DNA of 64,000 nucleotides, from the NCBI GenBank assembly GCA_963701295.1, contig OY969585.1:320001-384000 (forward strand), read 5' to 3'. Positions 1-10,379 of the stretch are shown here, in pieces. This DNA comes from Ignavibacteriota bacterium. GTDB taxonomy: Bacteria > Bacteroidota > Ignavibacteria > UBA10030. A program made the translations under genes and the position numbers. Under the pieces are notes generated by a model. The model was given only the letters and a program-made list of their open reading frames with translations. It had not been told where the DNA came from and did no database searches. Numbering within the stretch: the first letter of the stretch is position 1; the number at the start of each line of letters is the position of its first letter.

Positions 1-381
1 TCGCTCGGTTTCCTCGGATGGCACATTGTTATTTCACTTGGTGAAATGGGTGAAAAGGCCGGCTTAAAGGTGATCGCTCCGCCGGAACATTCCTCAGCTC
101 CAATGAACGCTTCAGACATTTTTGCGGCGTACGAAAAAGCAGGAGCTTCCGTTGCATCCGAAGTGAAAGAAAAATGGAACGATGCAATGCTCCAAGAACT
201 GATCGACATGTATGGCGAAAAATGGACGCGCGCTGCAACACTTGATTCACTTGTTAAACACCAGATCCACCATCGTGCACAAATGACTGTGCTTATGCGA
301 CAAGCTGGATTGAAAGTTCCCGGAGTCTACGGGCCATCTCGCGAAGAATGGTCGCAATTTGGAATGCCCGCTCCTCAATAA
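1..381 (+). CDS. DinB/YfiT-like protein (5' partial; frame is open from base 1)
   Basis: Frame 1 reads SLGFLGWHIV... into the 46..381 ORF; HQIHHRAQMTVLMRQAG motif typical of DinB. Confidence 0.8.
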   Translation, partial: SLGFLGWHIVISLGEMGEKAGLKVIAPPEHSSAPMNASDIFAAYEKAGASVASEVKEKWNDAMLQELIDMYGEKWTRAATLDSLVKHQIHHRAQMTVLMRQAGLKVPGVYGPSREEWSQFGMPAPQ

Positions 382-500
382 AATATTTAAAGAACTTGTT
401 CCTCTCACTTACATTTTTAGTACTATAGGTGCATCTTCATTTCCAATAGAGCACAATGATTTTACATTTTGCTAAATCATTACAACTTAAAGGAACCACT

Positions 501-953
501 ATGATAAAAAGAATACTCTTTTTCAGTACACTTATAGTTCTTCTTGCACATATAAGCCTTGCACAAAGCCATGGACTTGGTCTTGGACTGATGATCGGCG
601 AACCAACCGGTATTAGCTGCAAAGGTTGGGTTACCAACTCAGGTGCCATTCAATTAGATATCGGATACTCATCGCTCTCATCGACACAAGGAACTGCACT
701 GAGTGCAGAGTATGTTTGGCATTCACACGTATTTCGATCGCATGAATATTTTCCGTTATTCTATGGACTCGGCGGCATTTTTGGAGTCAGCAGCGGTACG
801 AATATTATGGGAGCACGCGGTATTTTAGGGATAGCTTGGTGGCCGCACAGATCCTCTCTCGATGTATTTTTTCAGCTCGTGCCGACGTATTACTTTAAAC
901 CGGCCTCACAATTTGAATTTGATTTCGGATTTGGCGTACGATATTTCTTCTAA
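501..953 (+). CDS. Small secreted/outer-membrane beta-barrel protein
   Basis: AAGGA SD before ATG 501; signal peptide; GLGLMIGEPTGIS motif; C-terminal GVRYFF beta-signal. Confidence 0.65.
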   Translation: MIKRILFFSTLIVLLAHISLAQSHGLGLGLMIGEPTGISCKGWVTNSGAIQLDIGYSSLSSTQGTALSAEYVWHSHVFRSHEYFPLFYGLGGIFGVSSGTNIMGARGILGIAWWPHRSSLDVFFQLVPTYYFKPASQFEFDFGFGVRYFF

Positions 954-961
954 CAATTCTG

Positions 962-997
962 AGACCTCACAGATTACTATGACCTGTGAGGTCTTTT
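962..997 (+). terminator. Intrinsic terminator
   Basis: agacctcacag/ctgtgaggtct 11-bp stem followed by a T run, just after the stop at 953. Confidence 0.7.
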
Positions 998-1000
998 ACA

Positions 1001-1070
1001 CGCCACTCGCCGATTTCATCTCACCATTCGCCGAAATCGCTGTAACTTTCATAAGATTCTCGTGTATCAT
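1001..1070 (+). promoter_or_regulatory. Putative LytTR tandem binding site and -10 box
   Basis: cgccactcgccga (1001-1013) and caccattcgccga (1022-1034), 21-bp period; TATCAT at 1065-1070; operon encodes a LytTR regulator. Confidence 0.6.
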
Positions 1071-1103
1071 TGCATAGAACATATTTACATAAGGAGAATT
1101 ATT

Positions 1104-1475
1104 ATGGAACATGATAAACGACATTCCTATGGCCATCTTGGTGTCGGACTTTTCTTATTAATCGCAGGTATTGCATTGATGCTGGATAAGTTCGATATTT
1201 TTAATGCCGGACCAGTTTGGCATTACTGGCCAATAATTATTATTGCCATCGGATTGGGGAAGTTGCTGGATGCACAGTTTACGTGGGAATATCGAAAAGC
1301 TTGTTCAACGCTTTTTATTGGAGCTTGGTTATTCATAGCAGAATTACATATATTCGGGTTAGATTATCATAACTCATGGCCGATTCTGCTCATCGGTGTT
1401 GGAATAGGCATGTTGTGGAAATCTGCCTGCCCTTCACATTTTAGATTTGCAAAGGATCACTGCAATGGAAACTAG
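1104..1475 (+). CDS. LiaF-like/DUF5668 membrane protein
   Basis: AAGGAG SD before ATG 1104; repeated WP(I/L)xxIxxG transmembrane motifs. Confidence 0.7.
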   Translation: MEHDKRHSYGHLGVGLFLLIAGIALMLDKFDIFNAGPVWHYWPIIIIAIGLGKLLDAQFTWEYRKACSTLFIGAWLFIAELHIFGLDYHNSWPILLIGVGIGMLWKSACPSHFRFAKDHCNGN

Positions 1476-2208
1476 GCATAATTCTTTTTTCGCGCCTCGA
1501 TTAATACTGGGATTGGGAATCATTATCATCGGTGTTCTCTTCCTCCTGGGAAATATGGACATTATAGACCCGCATGAGTATCTACGTTTATGGCCTGCAA
1601 TTCTTATCGTTATCGGAATTGCTTACCTCATTCAATGTCAACACGGTTCCGGACGAGTGTGGGGAATCATCCTCACGTTTGTCGGCACCGCTATGCTCCT
1701 AGACCGCCTTTACTTTATTCATTTTAGTTTATGGGATTACTGGCCGCTGATTCTTATCTTTATCGGAATTATGATGATCGTTAAGAGTCTGTTTTCCCCC
1801 AGAGGGATAACTCCTCCGTTTGGTGAGAATTCGTTCCTCCGGAAAGGGATAACTCCTCCATTCGCTGAGAGCAGCGGCGCAAACAACTACATCAAAGGCA
1901 TTGCCATCTTGAGCGGTTTTAAACGTATTAATAATTCGAAAAATTTTAAAGGCGCAGAATTGACTGCAATTATGGGCGGACTTGAAATCGATTTGCGGGA
2001 TGCATCTATAGAGGGAGAGGCTGTTATCGACATTTTCGCGCTCATGGGTGGTGTGGAATTACGTATACCGGAAGACTGGCTTGTTATTATTGAAGGATTT
2101 CCATTCATGGGCGGATTCGAAGATAAGACACGTCCTCCAAAGGAAAGCACGAAACATCTCGTCATTAAAGGGACAGCAGTAATGGGCGGCGTCGAAATAA
2201 AGAACTAA
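1465..2208 (+). CDS. LiaF-like cell-envelope stress protein (transmembrane region plus DUF2154-like beta domain)
   Basis: Four TM segments with LWP/YWP motifs; C-terminal TAIMGGLEIDLR...ALMGGVELRIP repeats. Confidence 0.75.
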   Translation: METRHNSFFAPRLILGLGIIIIGVLFLLGNMDIIDPHEYLRLWPAILIVIGIAYLIQCQHGSGRVWGIILTFVGTAMLLDRLYFIHFSLWDYWPLILIFIGIMMIVKSLFSPRGITPPFGENSFLRKGITPPFAESSGANNYIKGIAILSGFKRINNSKNFKGAELTAIMGGLEIDLRDASIEGEAVIDIFALMGGVELRIPEDWLVIIEGFPFMGGFEDKTRPPKESTKHLVIKGTAVMGGVEIKN

Positions 2209-2210
2209 CC

Positions 2211-3275
2211 GTGCATCCTATTCTTTCAAATAGAAGAACGCTTTCTCTCTATCTCGCTATCTGGTTGTTCGTCGGTTTACTCATTGAAATTCCATTTGTT
2301 TATTCTTATAGAAATCAATGGGGAGCGTTCCTGTTATCCGACATACCGCTGAATATTTTCTATGCCTTCATTTGCCTCTCTTCTTATTACTTATGTCGAA
2401 TTTTTCCCATTAGAACTACACAATGGTATAACCTTCTTTCGATGTTTCTCGTTGCTGCTTGTATTGCTGCCGGTATTGAACTACTTGCGGGGTACGGTTG
2501 GGTAAAGGTAATAGATTCATTACAAATTGCACTTTCCATAGCGCCTCTGTATGAGACATGGATCGCAGGGATATACAGTTTGCTTGCCTTAATCTTTCTT
2601 CTTATCGCATCAATGCATTACGTCATCATCGGATTCGAACGTTCCAATGAATCTGAGCGACAAACCTTTGAACTGAAACTGCTGGCACAAGACGCAGAGT
2701 TGCGGGCATTACGAGCACAAATTGATCCGCATTTTCTTTTTAACAGTCTTAACTCCATCAGTGCGTTAACAACAAGCGATCCGACAAAGGCACGTACCAT
2801 GGTTATTCTGCTGGCTGAATTTTTCAGGAACAGCTTGGATTTGGGAACGAAGAACCGGATTTCATTAACCGAAGAATTATCTCTGATCGACAAATTTCTG
2901 ACAATTGAACAAGTACGGTTTGGGTCACGATTACAAGTACAACAAGACATCGAACAGAAAACGTTGGAATGCAAGATTCCGCCACTCATTTTACAGCCGT
3001 TGATTGAAAATGCAGTGCGCCACGGTATCTCGCAGCTCCTCGAAGGCGGTACCATTACTCTTCGGACACAATTACATAATGACAGATTGAACATTACTGT
3101 TGCGAACCCTTTTGACCAGGACTATATACCGAAAAAGGGAACTGGACTCGGCGTTAAGAATGTTCGCTCCCGCATCCAGACACTGTACGGAAACGAAGGA
3201 AGAATAGATATTGAAAAAAAAGACAATATATTTACAGTTGAATTTTCTTTTCCTGTACAAAATTCTGACACATAG
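2211..3275 (+). CDS. LytS/YehU-family sensor histidine kinase
   Basis: LRAQIDPHFLFNSLNSI, QPLIENAVRHG and GTGLGVKNV motifs; N-terminal TMs. Confidence 0.92.
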   Translation: MHPILSNRRTLSLYLAIWLFVGLLIEIPFVYSYRNQWGAFLLSDIPLNIFYAFICLSSYYLCRIFPIRTTQWYNLLSMFLVAACIAAGIELLAGYGWVKVIDSLQIALSIAPLYETWIAGIYSLLALIFLLIASMHYVIIGFERSNESERQTFELKLLAQDAELRALRAQIDPHFLFNSLNSISALTTSDPTKARTMVILLAEFFRNSLDLGTKNRISLTEELSLIDKFLTIEQVRFGSRLQVQQDIEQKTLECKIPPLILQPLIENAVRHGISQLLEGGTITLRTQLHNDRLNITVANPFDQDYIPKKGTGLGVKNVRSRIQTLYGNEGRIDIEKKDNIFTVEFSFPVQNSDT

Positions 3276-3281
3276 GACCGG

Positions 3282-4040
3282 ATGATACCCATGACTTCCC
3301 AATCTGTTATTCAAACTATTATCGTTGATGATGAAGAACCGGCGCGTGTTCTTCTACGTGAATATCTCACGAAGCGTGATGATATAAACATTGCTGCGGA
3401 ATGTTCCAACGGATTTGAAGCAGTGAAAGCTCTCACGGAGTTAAAACCCGATCTAGCCATTCTGGATATCCAGATGCCCAAGCTGAATGGTTTTGAAGTG
3501 CTAGAACTTGCCGAAAATCCGCCCGCAGTTATTTTTGCCACTGCCTACGATCAATATGCCGTCAAAGCATTTGAACTACATGCCGTCGATTATTTGCTGA
3601 AACCGTTCAGTAAGGAACGGTTAGACGAAGCACTTGACCATGTAGCGAAACGACTGAAGACAAAAAAAACATTACCCATCGAAGCTCTTGCTGCTGCCGC
3701 AGGAATGAAACCGGCAATTCTCGAGCGTGTGCTTGTGAAGGATGGATCAAAAGTGCATGTTATTCCTGCAGATAAAATAGACTATATTGAGGCAGAAGAT
3801 GATTATGTGGCAATTAAAGCGGAGGGAAAGTCCCATCTAAAGCAGCAGCGAATGGCAGAATTAGAGAAGATGTTAGATCCGGCAAAATTTGTTCGCGTCC
3901 ACCGTTCTTCCATTATCAATCTCGAACGCATTGCCCGCATTGAGCTTTATGCAAAAGACAGCCGCATGGCAATACTCAAGGACGGAACAAAACTCCTCAT
4001 CAGCCGTGCCGGATATGATAAATTAAAAAAACTATTATGA
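3282..4040 (+). CDS. LytTR-family response regulator
   Basis: REC domain (DDE, LDIQMP, KP) plus LytTR motif FVRVHRSSIIN. Confidence 0.93.
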   Translation: MIPMTSQSVIQTIIVDDEEPARVLLREYLTKRDDINIAAECSNGFEAVKALTELKPDLAILDIQMPKLNGFEVLELAENPPAVIFATAYDQYAVKAFELHAVDYLLKPFSKERLDEALDHVAKRLKTKKTLPIEALAAAAGMKPAILERVLVKDGSKVHVIPADKIDYIEAEDDYVAIKAEGKSHLKQQRMAELEKMLDPAKFVRVHRSSIINLERIARIELYAKDSRMAILKDGTKLLISRAGYDKLKKLL

Positions 4041-4084
4041 GACTACAGACTTGTGATTGAACGCTTTACGTAAAGCCTGTACAG

Positions 4085-4519
4085 CTATGATATTTTTTCC
4101 ACAATCTTCACTGCTTCCTGCACACAGCGTTCGCAGACCTTTTGTGTCAGGTTATTTTCTGCAGCATACTTCTTTCCTTCCTCCGTGTTCAAATCGCACT
4201 GAAGCAGTTCTCTGCAAGACGTTGTTGAAAATATTTTTCTAAATTCTGCATCAAAAGTCTTTACCAGACTGTATGTCTTCTCTTTTTTTTCGTCTCCCTT
4301 GTCACCGAGAGACTTGCCATGCTTTACACCGATTGCCATGTAAGCGCCTGTTACGGCTCCGCACGTCGCTTGCAGTCTTCCCATTCCTCCTCCAAAACCG
4401 CCTGCAATTTTTAAAGCGTGCGATTCCAAAATACCGTTTTCTTTTGCGAACGGTGTAAAGACTGCTTGCGCACAATTAAAACCATTTTTAAAGTAATCCA
4501 AAGATTCTTTTTCTTTCAT
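4085..4519 (-). CDS. C-GCAxxG-C-C family putative redox protein
   Basis: NCAQA...GFGGGMG...TCGAVTG...CRELL...C pattern. Confidence 0.85.
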   Translation of the reverse strand: MKEKESLDYFKNGFNCAQAVFTPFAKENGILESHALKIAGGFGGGMGRLQATCGAVTGAYMAIGVKHGKSLGDKGDEKKEKTYSLVKTFDAEFRKIFSTTSCRELLQCDLNTEEGKKYAAENNLTQKVCERCVQEAVKIVEKIS

Positions 4520-4672
4520 ACGATCTCCTTGAGCTTTATGGATAAAATGTTTGACATATACTAAATACTTTATTATTTAAACAATTTCAAGGACTTGCAC
4601 TTCGTATAGTTTTTAGACAGATTTCTTCATTCGGAATTAAGATTCGTCACTGATAATCATAAGGAACCCATC

Positions 4673-5150
4673 ATGCTCAGTTCTCTCTTACGCTTTACCT
4701 CCGGTGTTCTCTTGTTGAGTGCAGCAACATTTGCGCAGAACACTCCGGATGAGGCATCGCTTCTCATGCAACTCGACCGCGATTTCGATAAAGCCACGAC
4801 CGAGAAGGGTGTTGATGGCTGGGTCGCTTACTTTGCACCTAACGGTTCAATGCTTGGTGACACAAGCAAACCAATTACAGGTGCAGACGAAATTCGTAAA
4901 GCAATGGAACCTGCTTTTAGAGATTCAAGTTTCTCACTCCGTTGGCATCCTGTGAAAGCTGAGATGTTGATTCCAGGTGTTCTTGGATACACCATTGGTA
5001 GATGGGAGAGTCTTTGGAAAAACAAAGAAGGCAAAATAATGAAATCCACCGGCAGTTATACTTCTCTCTGGAAGAAACAACCTGATGGTTCATGGAAAAT
5101 TGTTACTTGATACCGGAAATTCGGATGGCGAGCCGGTGGAGATAAAATAA
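4673..5150 (+). pseudogene. NTF2-like/DUF4440 secreted protein with a probable 1-nt frameshift near the C-terminus
   Basis: ORF stops at WKIVT* (5110); the shifted frame gives LDTGNSDGEPVEIK* to 5150, restoring the family WKIVLDTG end. Confidence 0.6.
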
Positions 5151-5178
5151 TTTCAGAATAATACAACGAGACTTAATA

Positions 5179-6633
5179 ATGAGCAATGAGATAAGTATTG
5201 GAATGGACCCTGAAGAATTTCGAAAGCACGGCAAAGAAGTGGTCGATTGGATTGCGGACTATCTCAAGAATGCCGAGAAGTATCCTGTGTTCTCGCGTGT
5301 CAAACCTGGTGAAATTAAAAGTCAACTACCGGCGAGGCCACCAGCAACTTCTGAAAAAATGGAACTGATACTAACCGATTTCCATCGCATTATTCTTCCT
5401 GGCATTACCCATTGGAATCATCCCAGTTTCTTTGCGTATTTTGCTAACAGCGCTTCTGCACCAGGAATTCTCGGAGAGATGTTAGCCACTACGCTGAATG
5501 TGAATGGAATGTTATGGCGAACTTCTCCCTCTGCTACAGAATTGGAAGAAGTTGTGACCGACTGGCTGAGGCAAATGCTCGGACTACCATCGGAATTCCA
5601 GGGCGTCATCATCGATACTGCCTCTGTGTCCACACTCGTTGCATTAACAGCGGCGCGCGAAGTTATGCACAAGCGGATACGCGAAGAAGGACTATCTGGC
5701 CGAACCGACTTGCCGCGCCTACGTTTGTACTGTTCCGATCATACGCATTCGTCAATTGAGAAAGCTGCCATTATCCTTGGCGTGGGTCAGGAAGGAGTAC
5801 GGAAAATTCCTACTGATGCCGAGTTCAGAATGAAACCTGATCTACTCGCTGCCGCAATCACAGAAGACAAGAAGAACGGATGGCTTCCTTTTGCGGTGGT
5901 AGCAACGGTGGGAACAACCTCAACCACAAGCATCGATCCGGTGCCGGCAATTGCCGACATCTGCCAAAGGGAAAAATTGTGGCTACACGTCGATGGAGCA
6001 TACGGCGGCATGGCAGCTATCGTTCCAGAAATGCGCTCGGTGCTTGATGGCTGCAACCGAGCCGATTCATTCGTTACGAATCCGCATAAGTGGCTTTTCA
6101 CACCAATGGATTGCAGTGTACTCTTCGCGCGTCGCGTTGATACGCTGAAACAAGCATTCAGTCTTGTACCAGAATATCTCAAAACTACCGATGGCAAAGT
6201 GAATAATTATATGGATTGGGGTGTGCAACTTGGCCGCCGATTCCGCGCATTGAAACTCTGGTTCATTATCCGCTCATTTGGTGTAGAAGGAATCATCAGT
6301 CGATTGCGTGAACATTGCCGACTTGCCCGCGAGCTTGCATCATGGATCGACGCTAATAATGATTTTGAGCGACTTGCACCGGTTCCATTGAGCGTCGTCT
6401 GCTTTCGTTATCATCCGAAAGAAATTTTAAATGAATTAAAGCTAGAGCAACTCAATACGCTGATTATTGAGCGCATGAATGCTACTGGTGAAGTGTTTTT
6501 ATCTCATACTAAATTAAACGGAAAATATACGATCCGTTGTGCAATTGGGAATCTGGCCACAACAGAGAAGCATGTTGTACATATGTGGAAATTATTAAAA
6601 GAAAAAGTTCAACAAATACATAAAGGAGATTGA
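5179..6633 (+). CDS. PLP-dependent group II (aromatic amino acid-type) decarboxylase
   Basis: PGITHWNHP, HVDGAYGG, NPHKW (PLP lysine), GRRFRALKLW. Confidence 0.92.
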   Translation: MSNEISIGMDPEEFRKHGKEVVDWIADYLKNAEKYPVFSRVKPGEIKSQLPARPPATSEKMELILTDFHRIILPGITHWNHPSFFAYFANSASAPGILGEMLATTLNVNGMLWRTSPSATELEEVVTDWLRQMLGLPSEFQGVIIDTASVSTLVALTAAREVMHKRIREEGLSGRTDLPRLRLYCSDHTHSSIEKAAIILGVGQEGVRKIPTDAEFRMKPDLLAAAITEDKKNGWLPFAVVATVGTTSTTSIDPVPAIADICQREKLWLHVDGAYGGMAAIVPEMRSVLDGCNRADSFVTNPHKWLFTPMDCSVLFARRVDTLKQAFSLVPEYLKTTDGKVNNYMDWGVQLGRRFRALKLWFIIRSFGVEGIISRLREHCRLARELASWIDANNDFERLAPVPLSVVCFRYHPKEILNELKLEQLNTLIIERMNATGEVFLSHTKLNGKYTIRCAIGNLATTEKHVVHMWKLLKEKVQQIHKGD

Positions 6634-6637
6634 CACA

Positions 6638-6940
6638 ATGATCAAACATATTGTTCTCTGGAAACTAAAAGACTTTGCCGAAGGGGCTACGAAACAGCAA
6701 AACGCATTAAGGATCAAAGCGTTGTTAGAAGAAATGCAGGGGAAAATTCCCGGTATGCTTAAACTGGAGGTTGGGCTCAATTCTGAAAAAAGCGGCGATG
6801 CTGCAGATATCTCCCTGTACACGGAATTCGAATCACGTGAGGCATTAGATGCGTACCAAATACATCCCGCTCACATGCCTGTAAAAAAATTCATTCCGCT
6901 TGTTCGCACGGAACGCCGTGTAGCAGACTATGAAGTATAA
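6638..6940 (+). CDS. Dabb-family stress-responsive A/B barrel protein
   Basis: MIKHIVLWK...AYQIHPAH...DYE. Confidence 0.85.
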   Translation: MIKHIVLWKLKDFAEGATKQQNALRIKALLEEMQGKIPGMLKLEVGLNSEKSGDAADISLYTEFESREALDAYQIHPAHMPVKKFIPLVRTERRVADYEV

Positions 6941-7093
6941 GGAAAATGCAAATTTTCAATGCCCTGTGAGGGCTTACTCTTCATCAATCCTCTGCTTAGA
7001 TTTGTTCCCAAAAGGAACCTCGCGAAAGCGATCGAGAGTGTAGTTCCATGATTTTCGGATTGCTCTATTTCACCACTATTGACAGGAGTCTCT

Positions 7094-8770
7094 ATGAAAT
7101 CCCTCATTCTTCTTCTCTCCCTTCTCATTGCATTCGTAATGATGTCCTGTTCCGTGCGAAACGATGAAAAGGACTTTCGGGCCTTCGTCGACAACCACGT
7201 CAAGATCTATGAACCGAAGTTCAAGGCGATGAACCTTGCCGATTGGAATGCCAACGCCACAGGCGAAAAAAAGTATTACGATGAAAAAGCATCTCTCGAA
7301 CTGGAGATTCGAAAAATCTATTCTAACAAACAAGAATTTGAACAATTGAAGAAATGGAAAGACACCGGTACTGTCAAAGATTCATTGCTTCAGCGGCAGC
7401 TTGTTATTCTTTACAACAGTTATCTGACAAATCAAATCGATACAACGCTCATGCGGAAGATTGTGGAAAAGAGTGCAGAGATCGCCAGCAGGTTTAACAC
7501 GTTCCGTCCAATTCTTGACGGCAAAGAAGTGGATGACAATGCTATCAACAATATCCTGAAAAACGAAGCCAATTCCGCAAAGCGGCAGAAGGCATGGGAA
7601 GCAAGCAAAGAAGTCGGAAAAGCGGTTGCACCAATGGTGGTGGAGTTAGTAAAACTTCGCAACGAAGCCGCGCGGCAACTCGGCTTCGCAAATTTCTACG
7701 AAATGTCCTTAGCCACCAGTGAGCAGACCGTGAGCGAAATCGTCGCAATCTTCGACGAATTGAAAACTCTCACGGATGAGCCGTTCAAAAAACTCAAAGC
7801 CGAGATCGATGCAACTCTTGCAAAGAAGTACGGCGTCAAGCCGGACCACATGATGCCATGGCATTATCAAGACCGCTTCTTCCAAGAGGCGCCTCAGATT
7901 GGCTCGGTGGACCTCGATAAATACTTCAAAGGGAAAAAAATCGATGAACTTGGCAGAACATTTTACGCAAATATCGGTTTACCTGTAGACGACATTTTGA
8001 AGAATAGCGACATTTATGGACACAAAGGGAAATACCAGCATGCGTTCGAGAATGATATCGATCGATCTGGTGATATCCGAGTTATGTTGAGTGTCGTTGA
8101 TAATCAGGACTGGATGAGTACCATGCTGCACGAATTAGGACACGCCGCGTACAGCAAGAACATTTCACGCAGCCTCCCGTTCCTCCTTCGCATCGAAACA
8201 CATACATTCGTCACAGAAGCCATTGCGATGCTCATGGAACGGCAGCCAAGCAATGCCGACTGGCTGCAGACGATGATGGGTATCAGCAATAAAGACAAAG
8301 AAATGATCCGCGCTGTGGGACAGGAGAACTTGCGTATGCATGCGCTTATCTTCTGCAGATGGACACAGGTGATGATGAGATTTGAGAAGGCTCTGTATGA
8401 GAATCCCGATCAAGATTTGAACACGCTTTGGTGGAATTTAGTAAAAGAGTACCAGATGATCACACCTCCCGAAGGACGCAATGCACCGGATTGGGCGGCA
8501 AAAATTCACTTGGTGCAATACCCGGCATATTATCATAACTACCAGCTTGGCGAGCTGACGGCATCACAATTGCAGCATTATATTGCAAAGAATGTACTGA
8601 AGCAATCACAGGACAAAGATGTTTGCTTCGTGAACAAGCCAGAAGTCGGAAAATATTTAGCAACGAAAGTTTTTGCTCCCGGAGCCAGTTTGAGATGGGA
8701 TGCTCTCATAAAAGCAGCGACCGGTGAACCACTCACTGCGAAGTATTTTGCGGAAGAATATGTGAAGTGA
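7094..8770 (+). CDS. M2/M3-type gluzincin metallopeptidase (peptidyl-dipeptidase-like), lipoprotein
   Basis: AGGAG SD; lipobox MMSC; HELGH plus downstream EAIA; YYHNYQLG. Confidence 0.85.
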   Translation: MKSLILLLSLLIAFVMMSCSVRNDEKDFRAFVDNHVKIYEPKFKAMNLADWNANATGEKKYYDEKASLELEIRKIYSNKQEFEQLKKWKDTGTVKDSLLQRQLVILYNSYLTNQIDTTLMRKIVEKSAEIASRFNTFRPILDGKEVDDNAINNILKNEANSAKRQKAWEASKEVGKAVAPMVVELVKLRNEAARQLGFANFYEMSLATSEQTVSEIVAIFDELKTLTDEPFKKLKAEIDATLAKKYGVKPDHMMPWHYQDRFFQEAPQIGSVDLDKYFKGKKIDELGRTFYANIGLPVDDILKNSDIYGHKGKYQHAFENDIDRSGDIRVMLSVVDNQDWMSTMLHELGHAAYSKNISRSLPFLLRIETHTFVTEAIAMLMERQPSNADWLQTMMGISNKDKEMIRAVGQENLRMHALIFCRWTQVMMRFEKALYENPDQDLNTLWWNLVKEYQMITPPEGRNAPDWAAKIHLVQYPAYYHNYQLGELTASQLQHYIAKNVLKQSQDKDVCFVNKPEVGKYLATKVFAPGASLRWDALIKAATGEPLTAKYFAEEYVK

Positions 8771-8869
8771 ATTCATTGATGCAATCAAACAAGATCGCGC
8801 GATCTAGTCTGATGAACTTGAAATAATGTATTGTACAACTAATGTTTAATTACTTATAAGGAGACTACC

Positions 8870-9736
8870 ATGGAAGGGTTGTATGTCATTGGAGGCATCT
8901 TTTTCATATTTTTGTTTTTTTTTGGAATAAGAATTATTCGTCCAACGCATCGCGGATTAGTAGAACGGCTTGGAAAATATAGTCACTTTGCTCATCCCGG
9001 ATTTAACTGGATCATTCCCGGTATCGACAAAATGTATCAGGTTAACATTACGGAACAAATGGTTGACGCCGAACCTCAGGAGATCATTACTAACGACAAT
9101 CTGAATGCTGTCGTCGATGCGCAAGTATATTTTAAGGTGAAAGATGACGAGGCAAATGTTAAAAACTCGCAATATAAAGTCAGTAATGTCAACTTTCAGA
9201 TTGTGAATCTTGCACGTACAACATTGAGAAATATAATCGGCACAATGACACTAAAATCTGCCAACAGTGAACGGGGACGCATCAACGAAGATCTCCATAA
9301 GATTCTTATCCAGGAAACGACCAACTGGGGCATCGACATTGTAAGAGCAGAGTTGAAGCAGATTGACCCGCCAAAAGATGTACAGGAAACAATGAACAAG
9401 ATTGTAAAAGCGGAGAATGAAAAGTTAGCTGCCGTCGATTTTGCAACAGCAGCAGAAACCGCTGCTGACGGTAAGAAACGAGCCGCAATTAAAGAAGCCG
9501 AAGGAATTCGTCAGGCACGAATCCTCGCAGCGGAAGGCGAAGCAGAAGCAATCCGTTTAGTTAATGATGCAGCAAATAAATTCTTTGTCGGAAATGCTCA
9601 ACTTTTAAAACGTCTTGAAACTGTGCAACGATCGCTTGAAAAGAATTCAAAAATTGTTGTTCCCGCTAATACTGAGCTCGTGAATGTCATTGGTGAATTG
9701 GCAGGCGGAATAATACCACTGAATAAAGAGAAGTAG
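8870..9736 (+). CDS. SPFH/band 7 (stomatin-like) protein
   Basis: N-terminal TM; GLVERLGK, QEIITNDN, AQ/RTTLRNIIG-type motif; C-terminal AEG coiled coil. Confidence 0.9.
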   Translation: MEGLYVIGGIFFIFLFFFGIRIIRPTHRGLVERLGKYSHFAHPGFNWIIPGIDKMYQVNITEQMVDAEPQEIITNDNLNAVVDAQVYFKVKDDEANVKNSQYKVSNVNFQIVNLARTTLRNIIGTMTLKSANSERGRINEDLHKILIQETTNWGIDIVRAELKQIDPPKDVQETMNKIVKAENEKLAAVDFATAAETAADGKKRAAIKEAEGIRQARILAAEGEAEAIRLVNDAANKFFVGNAQLLKRLETVQRSLEKNSKIVVPANTELVNVIGELAGGIIPLNKEK

Positions 9737-9796
9737 CAGATTCTGATCTCCGGCACTCTTCCAAAATGCGCCGGAGAGGTAGGTCGAGGCAAACAC

Positions 9797-10267
9797 ATGA
9801 AGGTTAACATACGAAATACTCAATTAGAGGATGCTGAAGCTATCACCTGTATCATCCGAGAAGTTGACTGGTTCGAACATTTAAAATCGGAATCCATTGA
9901 GATGACAGAAGAACGTGTAAGACAACATATTGCACTCTGCCTTGTGGACGACAGCCATTCTACTTTTGTTGCAGAGACCGAAGACGGCAAAGTTGTTGGA
10001 TACTCTTCTGTGCACTATCTTCCATACTTCTTTCTCCTGGGACCTGAAGGATATGTTTCTGAACTTTTTATTTCTGCGAAAGTTCGCGGACAAGGTATTG
10101 GCACTGCCCTGCTGGAACAAATTATAACGCAAGCCCGAAGACGCGGTTGTGCACGCCTGTCACTCATTAATAGCCGAACCCGCGAATCATACAAACGTAA
10201 GTTTTATGAACAGCACGGCTGGAAAGAACGCACTGAAGTGGCAGCGTTTGTATTGCCGCTAATGTAA
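9797..10267 (+). CDS. GNAT acetyltransferase
   Basis: RGQGIG acetyl-CoA motif; FYEQHGW. Confidence 0.85.
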   Translation: MKVNIRNTQLEDAEAITCIIREVDWFEHLKSESIEMTEERVRQHIALCLVDDSHSTFVAETEDGKVVGYSSVHYLPYFFLLGPEGYVSELFISAKVRGQGIGTALLEQIITQARRRGCARLSLINSRTRESYKRKFYEQHGWKERTEVAAFVLPLM

Positions 10268-10379
10268 TTTTAGCATAGAACCCCTGATATAATTGCGATT
10301 CAACGGGCAAATTGTTAGCTTGTTCCAGTTCCTTTTGTTCTTTATTTCATGGAATCTGAACTGAGAGGGATTCATTGTA

